A DNA stretch of 64,000 bases. It comes from Thermoproteota archaeon (lineage in GTDB: Archaea; Thermoproteota; Nitrososphaeria_A; Caldarchaeales; Calditenuaceae). Positions 39,107 through 48,764 of the stretch are shown here, piece by piece. Position 1 is the first letter of the stretch, and each line of letters begins with the position of its first letter. The position numbers were made by a program, and so were the translations under genes. Location: positions 381,068 through 445,067 of the forward strand of contig JAUQPU010000001.1 of assembly GCA_030550235.1 (NCBI GenBank), in the 5' to 3' direction. The notes beneath the pieces were generated by a model. That model had not been told where the DNA came from, made no database searches, and worked only from the letters and a program-made list of their open reading frames with translations.

Positions 39107-40116
39107 TGCCAATCCAGTATAGGCAGTTGGGGAGGAGCGGGCTAAAGATTTCCTGTCTAGTCATGGGGACGTGGTATCTTCCAACACTTCCAGAGGTGAA
39201 CTCCTATGGTGTCAGGAAGGTGAACGAAGAGGCGACGCTCAAGCTCTGGAGGATGGCAGTCGATATGGGAATAAACACTATAGACACGGCGAACCGTTAT
39301 CATGGAGCCATCGCCCCAGTGCCGGTGACGCACGTAGGCTATGCTGAAAGGCTTCTCGGCAGATTCCTCCAGACAGTTGATAGAGAGTCTCTAGTCATCG
39401 CTACTAAGGTTAGGTTCCCAATGGGGACTGGCCCAAACGACGAGGGCCTCTCGAGGAAGCATATAATGAGGGCGGTCCGAGATAGCCTCTCAAGGCTCCA
39501 GACAGGCTATATCGACCTCTACCAGGCGCATGGCTTCGACCCAACCACGCCGCTTGAAGAGACTATGAAGGCTTTTAACCAGCTTGTCGAGTCTGGGCTG
39601 GTCCACTATATTGGCTGCTCAAACTTCCAAGCTTGGCAGATATCAGAGGCCCTTGCCATCTCAGAGAGGCTTGGTCTAGCGAAGTTTGTGAGCGTCCAGC
39701 CGCTCTACAATCTACTCCAGCGCGACGCTGAGAGGGAGCTCTTCCCACTGGTTAGGCATGCGGGCCTCGGCGTAATATGCTACTCGCCCCTCGCCCAAGG
39801 TCTACTGGCTGGGCGCTATCTCAGAGGAGTTGGTCCAGACGTGAGAGCCTCCTATAGCCCCACAGTCAATCCCCTCCTTACCGAGAGAAACCTCAAGATA
39901 GTTAATGAGCTAGCGTTGATGGCTAAGGAGAAGGGCGTGACGCTGGCCCAGGTCAGCCTAGCTTGGCTCCTTCACCAGCCTGAGGTCACCGCTCCGATAA
40001 TCGGCTGCACTAGACCGGAGCAGCTTGAAGAGAATCTTCAGGCTGTGGATGTGAAGCTCTCCTCGGACGATATTAAAAGAATCGACGAGATTACTAGGCC
40101 GCAGGCTCCTGGATAA
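39106..40116 (+). CDS. Aldo/keto reductase
   Basis: 336 aa; AKR TIM-barrel motifs (GINTIDTANRY...; catalytic Y/K/H tetrad context). Confidence 0.85.
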   Translation: MPIQYRQLGRSGLKISCLVMGTWYLPTLPEVNSYGVRKVNEEATLKLWRMAVDMGINTIDTANRYHGAIAPVPVTHVGYAERLLGRFLQTVDRESLVIATKVRFPMGTGPNDEGLSRKHIMRAVRDSLSRLQTGYIDLYQAHGFDPTTPLEETMKAFNQLVESGLVHYIGCSNFQAWQISEALAISERLGLAKFVSVQPLYNLLQRDAERELFPLVRHAGLGVICYSPLAQGLLAGRYLRGVGPDVRASYSPTVNPLLTERNLKIVNELALMAKEKGVTLAQVSLAWLLHQPEVTAPIIGCTRPEQLEENLQAVDVKLSSDDIKRIDEITRPQAPG

Positions 40117-40128
40117 AAGCTGGAGAGG

Positions 40129-40884
40129 GTGACGTGTCTCTTGCGCGGCTCTCTATTCCACCCCGGCAAATCCTACGGTGTCCTTGAGAGGCTCTTCAAG
40201 GCTGGAGATTTCTCCCTATACTATTTCAGGGCTAAGAAGGGGGATGGGTTCACAGTAGACGCGGATGAGAATGAAAGGCTTGTCTTCTCAACTGATGGGG
40301 AAGTTGTAGTGAACGGCGAGACCCTCGGCGTAAAGGATATGATCTATGCTCCAAGGGGGGCTGGGCTGAGAGTTGTATCGATAAGCGAGTCGAGCATCTA
40401 TCTCGCCGAGGCTCGAGGATTTACAGAGCGGAGGCAGTTTGTGAAGAGGTTTAACGAGTCCGTCAAGGTCGAGTCTGGCCAAGACTGCTATGCACGGGTC
40501 ATCTTTCTGATGGTTAGTGAGAGTGACCATGTCGACCGATTTTTAGCTGGGTATACCGAGGGGGTGGGTGGGTCCTGGACTAGCTACCCTCCTCACAGGC
40601 ACGATGGGAAACCTGAAGCCTATATCTTCTACGGGATGGCTCCTGGCTTTGGTGTGCAGCTCCTAATGGATGATGAGGGTGAGGATGCCTATATAGTCAG
40701 GGATGGGGATGTAGTGCTGATCGAGAGAGGCTACCACCCCAATGTTGGCACATCCTTAAGCGGCATAAAATATGCATGGGTCATCGCGGCTCCACCCGGG
40801 AAGAGAGACCTATCGGTAGAGATTCACCCGCTCTTCAGCTCGGTCCCGCTAAGGACAACACATCTGAAAGTTAAAGAAGGATAG
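40129..40884 (+). CDS. KduI/IolB-family cupin (5-deoxy-glucuronate isomerase-like)
   Basis: 251 aa; bicupin with IolB-like motifs (SYPPHRHD...EAYIFYG). Confidence 0.65.
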   Translation: MTCLLRGSLFHPGKSYGVLERLFKAGDFSLYYFRAKKGDGFTVDADENERLVFSTDGEVVVNGETLGVKDMIYAPRGAGLRVVSISESSIYLAEARGFTERRQFVKRFNESVKVESGQDCYARVIFLMVSESDHVDRFLAGYTEGVGGSWTSYPPHRHDGKPEAYIFYGMAPGFGVQLLMDDEGEDAYIVRDGDVVLIERGYHPNVGTSLSGIKYAWVIAAPPGKRDLSVEIHPLFSSVPLRTTHLKVKEG

Positions 40885-40919
40885 ATTGTGCCGAGGCTCC
40901 TCCTAGGAGTGCAGCGCAG

Positions 40920-41081
40920 CTACCTCTTTAGCTCCCGCTTCTTCCACCTCAGGTTCCTGCTTCTACACTTCCTGCATTTCTCAGCGTTTGGAGGGTTCCT
41001 CGCCCCACAATTTCTACAGATCTTATAATGTAGCCTCCTTCTCTGAGCCAGCTGAATCAGGAAAGTATCCGTGATGACCAA
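40920..41081 (-). CDS. rpl40e: 50S ribosomal protein L40e (missed by the 60-aa ORF cutoff); TTG start inferred
   Basis: Minus-strand translation ...LIQLAQRRRLHYKICRNCGARNPPNAEKCRKCRSRNLRWKKRELKR* matches the L40e C4 zinc-ribbon consensus (KKICMRCNARN...CRKCG...LR.KK). Confidence 0.6.
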   Translation of the reverse strand: MVITDTFLIQLAQRRRLHYKICRNCGARNPPNAEKCRKCRSRNLRWKKRELKR

Positions 41082-41136
41082 CTCTGCAGACTATGATGTC
41101 CATTGCCAGCTATTAAATCTCACAGCTGTGTATAGA

Positions 41137-42525
41137 CTATTTTAGGTAGGGGAGGCTTTTGACCCATGGGTACTCTGATAATAGGCGCTCTATAGACCTC
41201 TTCACAGCCTCCTCGGGGTATTCCCAGGGCTGAAGCTTCCCCTCAAAGAACTCCTGATAGGCCTGGAGATCAAAGTGCCCGTGGCCGCAGAGGTTGAATA
41301 ATATAACCTTCTCCTCCCCTGTCCTTTTACACCTTAAGGCCTCATCAATCACATATTTTATGGTGTGGCTAGGCTCGGGTGCGGGGATTATGCCCTCGGT
41401 TCTTGCAAAGATTGTTGCCGCTTCAAAAACCTCCACCTGGTTATACGCCCTAGGCTCTATGTATCCCTCCTTCAAGAGTAGACAGAGTGTTGGTGCGTCT
41501 CCGTGGTATCGGAGTCCGCCTGCGTGGATGGGTGGTGGTATGAAGTCTGAGCCTAAAGTGTACATGGGTAGCATCGGCGTTAACCTCGCAGTGTCTCCAA
41601 AATCATAGGTGTAGATACCCTTCGTCATCGTGGGGCAGGCCGTAGGTTCCGTGCCGACGAATTTCACATTCTTCGGCGCCTTCTTTGTTACAAGATCATA
41701 ATAGAAGGGCCAGAAAAGTCCAGAGAAGCTGCTGCCACCTCCAACGCATCCAGCCACAATGTCTGGATACTCGCCAATGCTTTCAAGCTGTTTCTTAGCT
41801 TCGAGCCCCTGGATTGTCTGATGCATTAAGACATGATTCGCAACACTTCCTATGCTGTACTTCACATTTTCGTGGCTTAGCGCATCCTCTATCGCCTCGC
41901 TAATCGCTATCCCGAGGCTTCCGGGATTGTTGGGGTCTGACTTCAATACTCGCCTGCCGAACTCTGTCCTCTCGCTCGGGCTGGCCAGTACCTCCGCCCC
42001 CCACGCATGCATTAATATCCTCCGGTAAGGCTTCTGGTCATAGCTGGCCCTGACCATATAGACCGTGGTCTTAAGCCCGAAGAGCATGCAGGCGAATGCC
42101 AGTGCACTTCCCCACTGTCCCGCGCCTGTCTCCGTAGTCACTCTCTCAACCCCCTCCTTCATGTAGTAGTATGCCTGAGCGACGGCTGTGTTGGGCTTGT
42201 GGGAGCCGGGCGGTGAGACGCCCTCGTATTTGTAGTAGATTCTTGACGGGGTCTTTAGAGCCTTCTCAAGCCTTACCGCCCGTATGAGCGGTGTAGGCCT
42301 CCAGAGCCTATAAGCCTCCCTAACATCCTCAGGAATCTTTATCCATCTCTCGTTACTCATCTCCTGATTAAGCTGCTCTTTCGTGAACAGTCTCGGGAGC
42401 ACGCCAGGTCCCGGAGACCTTGTGGCAGGATCAATTGGAGGCGGAAGAGGCTTCGGAAGATCGGGCAAGATGTTATACCACTCGGTGGGAAGATCGTCAT
42501 CACTGAGAACTATTTTTCGCGACAT
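41137..42525 (-). CDS. trpB2: Tryptophan synthase beta-chain paralog TrpB2 (PLP-dependent)
   Basis: 462 aa; TrpB2-type N-terminal extension and PLP-lysine region typical of TrpB2 (COG1350). Confidence 0.85.
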   Translation of the reverse strand: MSRKIVLSDDDLPTEWYNILPDLPKPLPPPIDPATRSPGPGVLPRLFTKEQLNQEMSNERWIKIPEDVREAYRLWRPTPLIRAVRLEKALKTPSRIYYKYEGVSPPGSHKPNTAVAQAYYYMKEGVERVTTETGAGQWGSALAFACMLFGLKTTVYMVRASYDQKPYRRILMHAWGAEVLASPSERTEFGRRVLKSDPNNPGSLGIAISEAIEDALSHENVKYSIGSVANHVLMHQTIQGLEAKKQLESIGEYPDIVAGCVGGGSSFSGLFWPFYYDLVTKKAPKNVKFVGTEPTACPTMTKGIYTYDFGDTARLTPMLPMYTLGSDFIPPPIHAGGLRYHGDAPTLCLLLKEGYIEPRAYNQVEVFEAATIFARTEGIIPAPEPSHTIKYVIDEALRCKRTGEEKVILFNLCGHGHFDLQAYQEFFEGKLQPWEYPEEAVKRSIERLLSEYPWVKSLPYLK

Positions 42526-42624
42526 GAGTGAGAATCCAAAACAGAGGCTGCTACTTAAAACTTTTCCTGCGGGCCCAACAAGTTTTAAAAACCTTCAATA
42601 CCCAAGTTCGGGGGTGTAGTTAGG

Positions 42625-43038
42625 TTGAAACTGTTCAGGAGGCGTAGGCCTCTGGGACCGACCATAAGCCTCGAAGAAGCGCTAAAGATGATTCCTGCTA
42701 GAAACCCAAACACCGAATCCTCCACCACCCCCTCAGGAGAGTTGAGTGTCAGGCTTAAAATGCCTCAGCCCCGCGGCCTCCTCCAGCGGCTTCTCCCCAT
42801 CCCCGAGTACCGTACTTTCATACTCGATAAGGTCGGAGGGGTTGTATGGGAGAACATAGATGGTGAGAGAAGTGTCAGAGATATTGTAGATCTGTTGGTT
42901 AAGAGTTTCAAGATGACGCGGGAGGAAGCGGAGATAAGCCTCGTCAACTATCTTCAGATGCTCTACAGCCGAGGCCTCATCTACGTGAAGGTGAGGAAGG
43001 ATAAGGAGGCGGGCCAACGCTTAAATCAATCTGGGTAG
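42625..43038 (+). CDS. PqqD-family protein (RiPP recognition element-type peptide chaperone fold)
   Basis: 137 aa; C-terminal region ILDKVGGVVWENIDGERSVRDIVDLLVKSFKMTREEAEISLVNYLQMLYSRGLI matches the PqqD consensus (LNeta..IWeLiDGkrtv.eIv.eL.eeydv..eea..Dv..Fl..L...gli). Confidence 0.65.
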   Translation: MKLFRRRRPLGPTISLEEALKMIPARNPNTESSTTPSGELSVRLKMPQPRGLLQRLLPIPEYRTFILDKVGGVVWENIDGERSVRDIVDLLVKSFKMTREEAEISLVNYLQMLYSRGLIYVKVRKDKEAGQRLNQSG

Positions 43039-43047
43039 ATGCGTTAA

Positions 43048-43650
43048 ATGATGAGTAGTGGAGAGAGAAAATACGGTCGTGTCTCTTTCCCCCTCAGCGA
43101 GTTATTTAGGCTTGTCACACTCAACATTAGAAAGAGGTTGGGTCGCTCACTTCTGACGACACTTTCCGTCCTTCTAGCGATCGCCTTTATGACGGTAATC
43201 TTCACGCTCAGCTCAGTAAATCGTGCAGCTACGGGGGCTGAATTCGCAGCATATCAATTCTGGCTAATCTTCGTCGCACTTCTTGTGGCTGGCCTTGGGA
43301 TATTCAACTCCCTGTTAATTTCGGTCGCTGAGCGTTACAGGGAGATAGCGACAATCAAGACGCTGGGGGCGGCAGACAGACACATACTACTCCTATACCT
43401 CATAGAGTCTCTTGTGATAGGAATCATTGGCGGCGCCCTCGGTGTAGTAATAGGCCTCGGAGTCAGCATAGGACTTCTAGCAGCCTACGGCAGGGCTGCG
43501 GATATCGGGCTAGTCCCCATCGTGGAGTACCTCTACATAATGGGTCAGGGACTACTATACGCAGCCATACTCTCGCTGGTCGCCACATCCTATCCCTCCT
43601 ACCACGCCTCAAAGATGAGCCCCGCGGAGGCATTCCGCGTCGAGATATGA
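43048..43650 (+). CDS. Minimal FtsX-like ABC permease (4 TM, no extracytoplasmic domain)
   Basis: 200 aa; TM1 followed after only about 20 residues by a canonical FtsX/MacB C-terminal 3-TM domain (RYREIATIKTLGA...); 10-nt gap to PqqD-like gene, ATGA overlap with downstream gene. Confidence 0.6.
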   Translation: MMSSGERKYGRVSFPLSELFRLVTLNIRKRLGRSLLTTLSVLLAIAFMTVIFTLSSVNRAATGAEFAAYQFWLIFVALLVAGLGIFNSLLISVAERYREIATIKTLGAADRHILLLYLIESLVIGIIGGALGVVIGLGVSIGLLAAYGRAADIGLVPIVEYLYIMGQGLLYAAILSLVATSYPSYHASKMSPAEAFRVEI

Positions 43651-44480
43651 GAATCTCCCTAGAGCGGCTAATATTCATGCGAAGGCCTGTAGGAGAGTTC
43701 CTCGAACACGCTTGGAGGGCAGGTGTTGATGGTGTAGAGTTTGCTGAGTTCGAGCTTCAGAGGCTGATACAAGAGGGGAGATACGACCATTCAAGCCTCT
43801 ACAAGGATGTGAAAAATAAGGGTCTAACAATATCGGGAATCTACTGGTCGGCCGAGTTTCACAAGAGCGAGGAACGTTCCAAGATACTATCCCAAGCGGC
43901 GGGGTTGGCGGAGGTTTATGGGAAGATTGAGTGCAGGAATGTTGTGATAGGGCCTCCGCGTGGGGGGCTGGGTGCAGGGCTCCCTCCTAGCCAGGTATAT
44001 AGGCTTCTCGACCAGCTCGTAGAGACTTTGAGGGAAGCCTTAAAAATATTCGTAGACAACGGCATAACTCCCTCGCTCCACAACCACTACGACACACTGA
44101 TCGAGACGGAGGCTGAGCTTGAGTACGTCTTATCTAGGATCGAGCCTGAGCTGCTGAAGTTTTGCCCCGACACGGCCCACCTGGCACTGGCCGGGATGGA
44201 CCCTGTGCAAATGATTAGAAGGCATCTAGACAGGATAGTCTATGCTCACCTTAAGGACCTCAAAAGCTTCCAAGCCGAAGGTAAGCGTGTAGAGAGGTGG
44301 TATGAGCTTACGACGGAGCTAGGCAGTGGCGTGATAGACTTCCCCATGATAGTTAGACTGCTGAGATCTACGGGTAGGGTGGAGTGGCTGGTCGTGGAGC
44401 AGGACTTCACAGAGAAAACCCCTGAGGAGAGTGTGAGGATGAGCCTCAACTACCTAGCCCCTCTGGTTCGGGGAGACTGA
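43647..44480 (+). CDS. Xylose isomerase-like TIM-barrel protein (sugar phosphate isomerase/epimerase, IolE/IolI-like)
   Basis: 277 aa; AP-endonuclease-2/xylose-isomerase TIM barrel pattern with conserved E/D/H metal ligands (HLKD, VVEQD). Confidence 0.7.
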   Translation: MRISLERLIFMRRPVGEFLEHAWRAGVDGVEFAEFELQRLIQEGRYDHSSLYKDVKNKGLTISGIYWSAEFHKSEERSKILSQAAGLAEVYGKIECRNVVIGPPRGGLGAGLPPSQVYRLLDQLVETLREALKIFVDNGITPSLHNHYDTLIETEAELEYVLSRIEPELLKFCPDTAHLALAGMDPVQMIRRHLDRIVYAHLKDLKSFQAEGKRVERWYELTTELGSGVIDFPMIVRLLRSTGRVEWLVVEQDFTEKTPEESVRMSLNYLAPLVRGD

Positions 44481-44520
44481 CGCCTAGAGTCTTTTTATTC
44501 CACTCTGCTGATTTTAGACT

Positions 44521-45495
44521 GTGCCACGAGCTGGTGTAAGATTCGGAATCTCCTTCCCCAACTTCTCGCTAGAATCTGCCGCCAAGATAGCGCGCGATGC
44601 TGAGAAGGCGGGGCTTGATAGCGTGTGGGTCAATGACGACATAGTTGGGGTCTTCCAGAAGGAGACCTTCGACGCCATTCTCTGTATGGCGGAGATGGCT
44701 AGGGCCACTCGTAGGATTAAGATCGGGAGTGCCGTCCTGGCAACATATAGGAGACACCCAGTCAATACTTCGATGTCGCTTGTATCCTTGGACCACATCT
44801 CCGGAGGAAGACTGATAGCTGGTCTAGGAAGCTGCTGCCCTAGCCCAGAGTGGGGATTTCCCCTATCAGGTGACGTGGCTGATAGATTCTTGGAATTCCT
44901 CAACGTCCTGAAGAGACTCCTAACCGGAGGAGCGGTGGAGTTTCAGGGCAGATTCTTCAGCCTAAAGAGCTCGGGCCTAACCGTTAGGCCTAGGCAGAGG
45001 CCCCACCCACCGATATGGGCCGCGGCAAATATAGATAGGACAATAAGGAAAATCGCACAAATAGCTGACGGATGGCTACCGATATGTGTCCCACCACAAA
45101 TCTACACCACGGAGCTTCAGACCCTGCGTGATTCTGCCAAAAGCACAGGGAGAAGGCCGAGGGAGATAGAAGCGGGCCTGATGGCCTTCATTCTGGTGGA
45201 GAAGACGAGGAGTATGGCTCTCAAGAGGGCGATGCCCCTACTTGCTCAAACTGCACTATGGTTTAACGCAGCTAGGATAAGAAAGATGGGCTTCGGGGCA
45301 GTGGGCTCTGTGAGCGATGTAACTCCAGAGATGGTTCAAGCTCTCAACATAGTAGGAACTGTCGAGGAGGCTGCTCAGAGGATAGGGGAGTATATCGATG
45401 CAGGGGCTAGGCACTTAGTCCTACAGCCCCTACCGGTTAAGGAGGCTCGGGAGGCTATTCCACGAATAGTAGATTCGATAAGACAGGCTGTATAG
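44521..45495 (+). CDS. LLM-class (luciferase-like) flavin/F420-dependent oxidoreductase
   Basis: 324 aa; GISFPNF...AGLDSVWVNDD luciferase-like monooxygenase family N-terminus. Confidence 0.8.
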   Translation: MPRAGVRFGISFPNFSLESAAKIARDAEKAGLDSVWVNDDIVGVFQKETFDAILCMAEMARATRRIKIGSAVLATYRRHPVNTSMSLVSLDHISGGRLIAGLGSCCPSPEWGFPLSGDVADRFLEFLNVLKRLLTGGAVEFQGRFFSLKSSGLTVRPRQRPHPPIWAAANIDRTIRKIAQIADGWLPICVPPQIYTTELQTLRDSAKSTGRRPREIEAGLMAFILVEKTRSMALKRAMPLLAQTALWFNAARIRKMGFGAVGSVSDVTPEMVQALNIVGTVEEAAQRIGEYIDAGARHLVLQPLPVKEAREAIPRIVDSIRQAV

Positions 45496-45496
45496 T

Positions 45497-48400
45497 TTAG
45501 CGGAGCTGCTCCCACAGGCTAGTTGGCGTCGTCTCTAAAACTTCAGAATCCCTAATAATACATATTCTCTTGCTGAGTCGCTGGGCAGCGAGTAAGGCGA
45601 TGGAGGAAAGGTAACCATCGTCAGATGAGATGCAGATTAGGTCGCAGTCCTTTGCCGCCTCTATCACAGCCTTGGCATCCGAGACCATCGATCCAGAGCT
45701 AGGTATCCTCACCACGACCACCCTGACCAGGTTCGCCTCCAGCATCTCAACCTCTCTCTTCAAGTCATCCTCTGAGGCCCCTCGCCAAACAACCCTGACC
45801 TCGCTCGGATTATAGACAGTGAGGAGCGGCTGGATATGAGCCAGGTCTCGGGAGAAGGGGACGAGTATCCTGATGGTTAAGGATGTGTACTCTATTATGA
45901 ATTGGCGGATGAGCTGAACGATCTCTCTGACATACTGGTCGATGAACCTAGCATCCTGCGCCTCAATCTTCGACCGGAGTTTGACAAAACCCCATCCGTC
46001 CTGCTCATATACATCAAGTATGCATGAGGCCCTGAATGCTCTCTGCTCGGTAGATGAGTAGGTAAACCTGAGTCTATGCAGACCTGCCTCGGTATTTTCT
46101 TCAACACCATGAACCATAATATTCACGGTGGTGGTATAGCTATATTCGCTGAGCCTCGAGTTCATGTAGGTTATAAAGTGTTTAATCTTCGATACCTTAA
46201 GCTTGGCGGGTAGCTCGACTGTCCAATACCCCTCCTCATCTAAGGCCTTTGTCAGAACCCACTTCCATGTCTGCGCCGGCGTGGAGAGAATGATATTCCT
46301 TCGAACCGATAGTATGTGTGACGAAATGAAAATAACAGATGAGAGGGCGAAAACGCCCATGACGCTCTCCTGAGTTAGTTTGAAGTCAATTGGTATGGGG
46401 ATGATTTTAGGGACTATGCTGAAGACCCCAAGAGTCACCAGGACTCCAAGGTATGAGGAGATTACTCCTAGGAATATAGCTTCCGCGACGCTTAGCAGTA
46501 AGATATGGGCTGGATTAAGACCCAGCGTCGACATTGTCAAAAACTCTCCCCTCCTCTCATAGTAATTCGCCAGTGACGCCACCAAAAGATTTAGAAAGGC
46601 GATGCCTGCAACCACCATAACCTCTCCACCCGATATACTGGCAAGACTAACAAGATTGAAGACGTAAACCTCCCCTCCAGGCCTGATTAGTCTCACCTTC
46701 AGATTGGTGTGAAGACTCATCGTCTCGGCAATCCTATCGATTTCTTCCACACCTCCCCCCGAGGCGTATATCTTGGTTGGCAGCGCACCTAGCTTCAGAG
46801 CCCCGTCAAATCCAGTAATTATGACATTCGACCATCCTGCCGGTGCAACTGGAGACATGGGAGGCATGACTAGCGTCGATAGGAAGTAGCCATCAATATC
46901 CTTAAGATAGGTAGGACAGTCTGTACTTAGTATTCCGTCTATCTGCAGGATCACGCCGTTTACTCTTATCCAAGACCCCACTGTTAAGCCGAGGTTTGCC
47001 GCCAAGTCACTCGAGACGATGGATGCTGAAGGATCTTGTCCAATCCGATTTATCTCCCCCTCGATGATGCATTGTGAGAGCTGCTTCGGTAGGAGGGTGC
47101 TACCCGATACACCAATAACACCCCTCAAGTTATAACTCTTATCGTTGATTATGTATTCGCGGCCCGATGGTGGAAAGATAGGAGTCTCAGCTCGGAGGCC
47201 CAAATCCAGGCCCAAACTTCTGAAGAACTCTACATAGCGGGTATCCACAGGCGCGAGGTTATCGAATCTGTATCCCCTATCATATACTATGATGTATGGT
47301 GTCTCTACTGGGTTAACCTTCTCCGTAGGGTTGGAGATGAATACCTCGCTCTCGACGCCTATGTTGACCAGCAGTAGGGTAGCTGAGACGGTGATCGTGG
47401 CCATGGCAACCATCATCCAGGTTCTGAGGGGCCTAGTTTTTAGAAACCTCTTCGCAACACTGAACGCGAGGGAGGAGGCTGCGAGGAGTGCGACTCCGCG
47501 CTGTGTCTTGACCTCGAGGCCTAGGGCTGGGATGCTCCAGACAAGGCCAACTATTACGAGTATGCTGTAGAGGAGGGCGGACCATCCCCACGCATCGCTA
47601 GGCAGGATTGAAGGATGAGAAGCAGCAATAAGGCTGAAAGTAAAGATACTTAGCAAGGACAGGCCAGCAGCTATACTAGACTTCTTCTCACCTAAGACTA
47701 GGTGGCTCAGGGAGAGCGCCCCCAAAACTAGGAACAATGGAAGTAGAATCCCACCACCCCATCTCACACTATAATCGTTTAATGCAGAGTTGATTCCTAC
47801 AAGGTCGATGTAGGTTTTTCGGAGCAGTTGATACGCCTCACCCATGTTTCCCAGGAGATAATGCTCCCTCGAGGCTGCGAGACGCTCCTCAGCCTTTTTA
47901 AGCCTATCAAGCTGATAGCCAAGATAGATGCCAGACTGTGAAAGCCCTTGAAGCCTATAGCCGGTCACCTCGGTGAAATTCTGAACGGCGCCAAATGCTC
48001 TAGGGTAAATAGTGTGCAGCAGAGAGACGATTCGATTCTCGCCTATAAGGCCTGTAAGGTCTTCCATCCATCTAAGCCCTTCACCACCTACTACCGCAAA
48101 CTCTCCATAAAGCCTATAGTCAATAGACTGTGGGACCAGAATTTCGCCATCTCCAAGACCTATCAACCTCTTCAGCACATCAATACTATGGCTCCAGTGG
48201 ATCTCACTGGGATACCAAAGCCCTGCCCCCCACAGCTCAAGCCTATACCGGGCTGAGACGGGGCTGCCATCAATCCAGGGATACAGTCCAATAAACCTGA
48301 CAATGGATGCCCTTTGAAGAACTATCGCCGGCTCTGAATCTAAATAGGGAAGGAGTTTGAGGATAGATATATCGACCGGAAGATATGTCCTTCCATCCTC

Positions 48401-48670
48401 AACTAACGGGCCCACAAGGCGAGAGCCCAGAACTACCGATGCTTCTAAACGCCCATCCCTAGTTTCTAAAAGTACCCGCTCGCCTGAAGGCTCCAACAAA
48501 ATAAACTTCAGCCCGTCCTCCACCGGCATATAATCGTTATCTAATACAGTTATGACTATGGTGGTCGAGTTATCCCTAGCTGTATCCGTGTTTGCTGTAG
48601 CACATACTGTAAACAGCATAAAGATAACAGTCAGCGAGACAGGCGTCAAAGCTGCTAAACGGTAATCCAA
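45497..48670 (-). CDS. Giant FtsX-family permease with large extracytoplasmic domains and a C-terminal cytoplasmic USP-like (universal stress protein-type a/b) domain
   Basis: 1057 aa; signal/TM N-terminus, about 10 predicted TM helices, FtsX domain near residues 650-790, C-terminal about 250 aa soluble domain ending ...DLICISSDDGYLSSIALLAAQRLSKRICIIRD resembling the USP G-x2-G...S nucleotide-binding tail. Confidence 0.55.
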   Translation of the reverse strand: MDYRLAALTPVSLTVIFMLFTVCATANTDTARDNSTTIVITVLDNDYMPVEDGLKFILLEPSGERVLLETRDGRLEASVVLGSRLVGPLVEDGRTYLPVDISILKLLPYLDSEPAIVLQRASIVRFIGLYPWIDGSPVSARYRLELWGAGLWYPSEIHWSHSIDVLKRLIGLGDGEILVPQSIDYRLYGEFAVVGGEGLRWMEDLTGLIGENRIVSLLHTIYPRAFGAVQNFTEVTGYRLQGLSQSGIYLGYQLDRLKKAEERLAASREHYLLGNMGEAYQLLRKTYIDLVGINSALNDYSVRWGGGILLPLFLVLGALSLSHLVLGEKKSSIAAGLSLLSIFTFSLIAASHPSILPSDAWGWSALLYSILVIVGLVWSIPALGLEVKTQRGVALLAASSLAFSVAKRFLKTRPLRTWMMVAMATITVSATLLLVNIGVESEVFISNPTEKVNPVETPYIIVYDRGYRFDNLAPVDTRYVEFFRSLGLDLGLRAETPIFPPSGREYIINDKSYNLRGVIGVSGSTLLPKQLSQCIIEGEINRIGQDPSASIVSSDLAANLGLTVGSWIRVNGVILQIDGILSTDCPTYLKDIDGYFLSTLVMPPMSPVAPAGWSNVIITGFDGALKLGALPTKIYASGGGVEEIDRIAETMSLHTNLKVRLIRPGGEVYVFNLVSLASISGGEVMVVAGIAFLNLLVASLANYYERRGEFLTMSTLGLNPAHILLLSVAEAIFLGVISSYLGVLVTLGVFSIVPKIIPIPIDFKLTQESVMGVFALSSVIFISSHILSVRRNIILSTPAQTWKWVLTKALDEEGYWTVELPAKLKVSKIKHFITYMNSRLSEYSYTTTVNIMVHGVEENTEAGLHRLRFTYSSTEQRAFRASCILDVYEQDGWGFVKLRSKIEAQDARFIDQYVREIVQLIRQFIIEYTSLTIRILVPFSRDLAHIQPLLTVYNPSEVRVVWRGASEDDLKREVEMLEANLVRVVVVRIPSSGSMVSDAKAVIEAAKDCDLICISSDDGYLSSIALLAAQRLSKRICIIRDSEVLETTPTSLWEQLR

Positions 48671-48764
48671 TCTACTCCTTGACTAGCTAGTGTGGTGTAT
48701 AAATTTTATCCAATCCTCATCTATTAATTCTACGAAGCTTAATGACTAGGCCGGTTAATCGGAG

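Noticed and set aside
42383-42619. 78-aa plus-strand ORF upstream of the PqqD-like gene, considered as a possible RiPP precursor peptide
   Set aside because: It lies antisense within the 5' end of trpB2 and is Gly/Ser/Arg-rich; far more likely a spurious antisense ORF than a precursor peptide.
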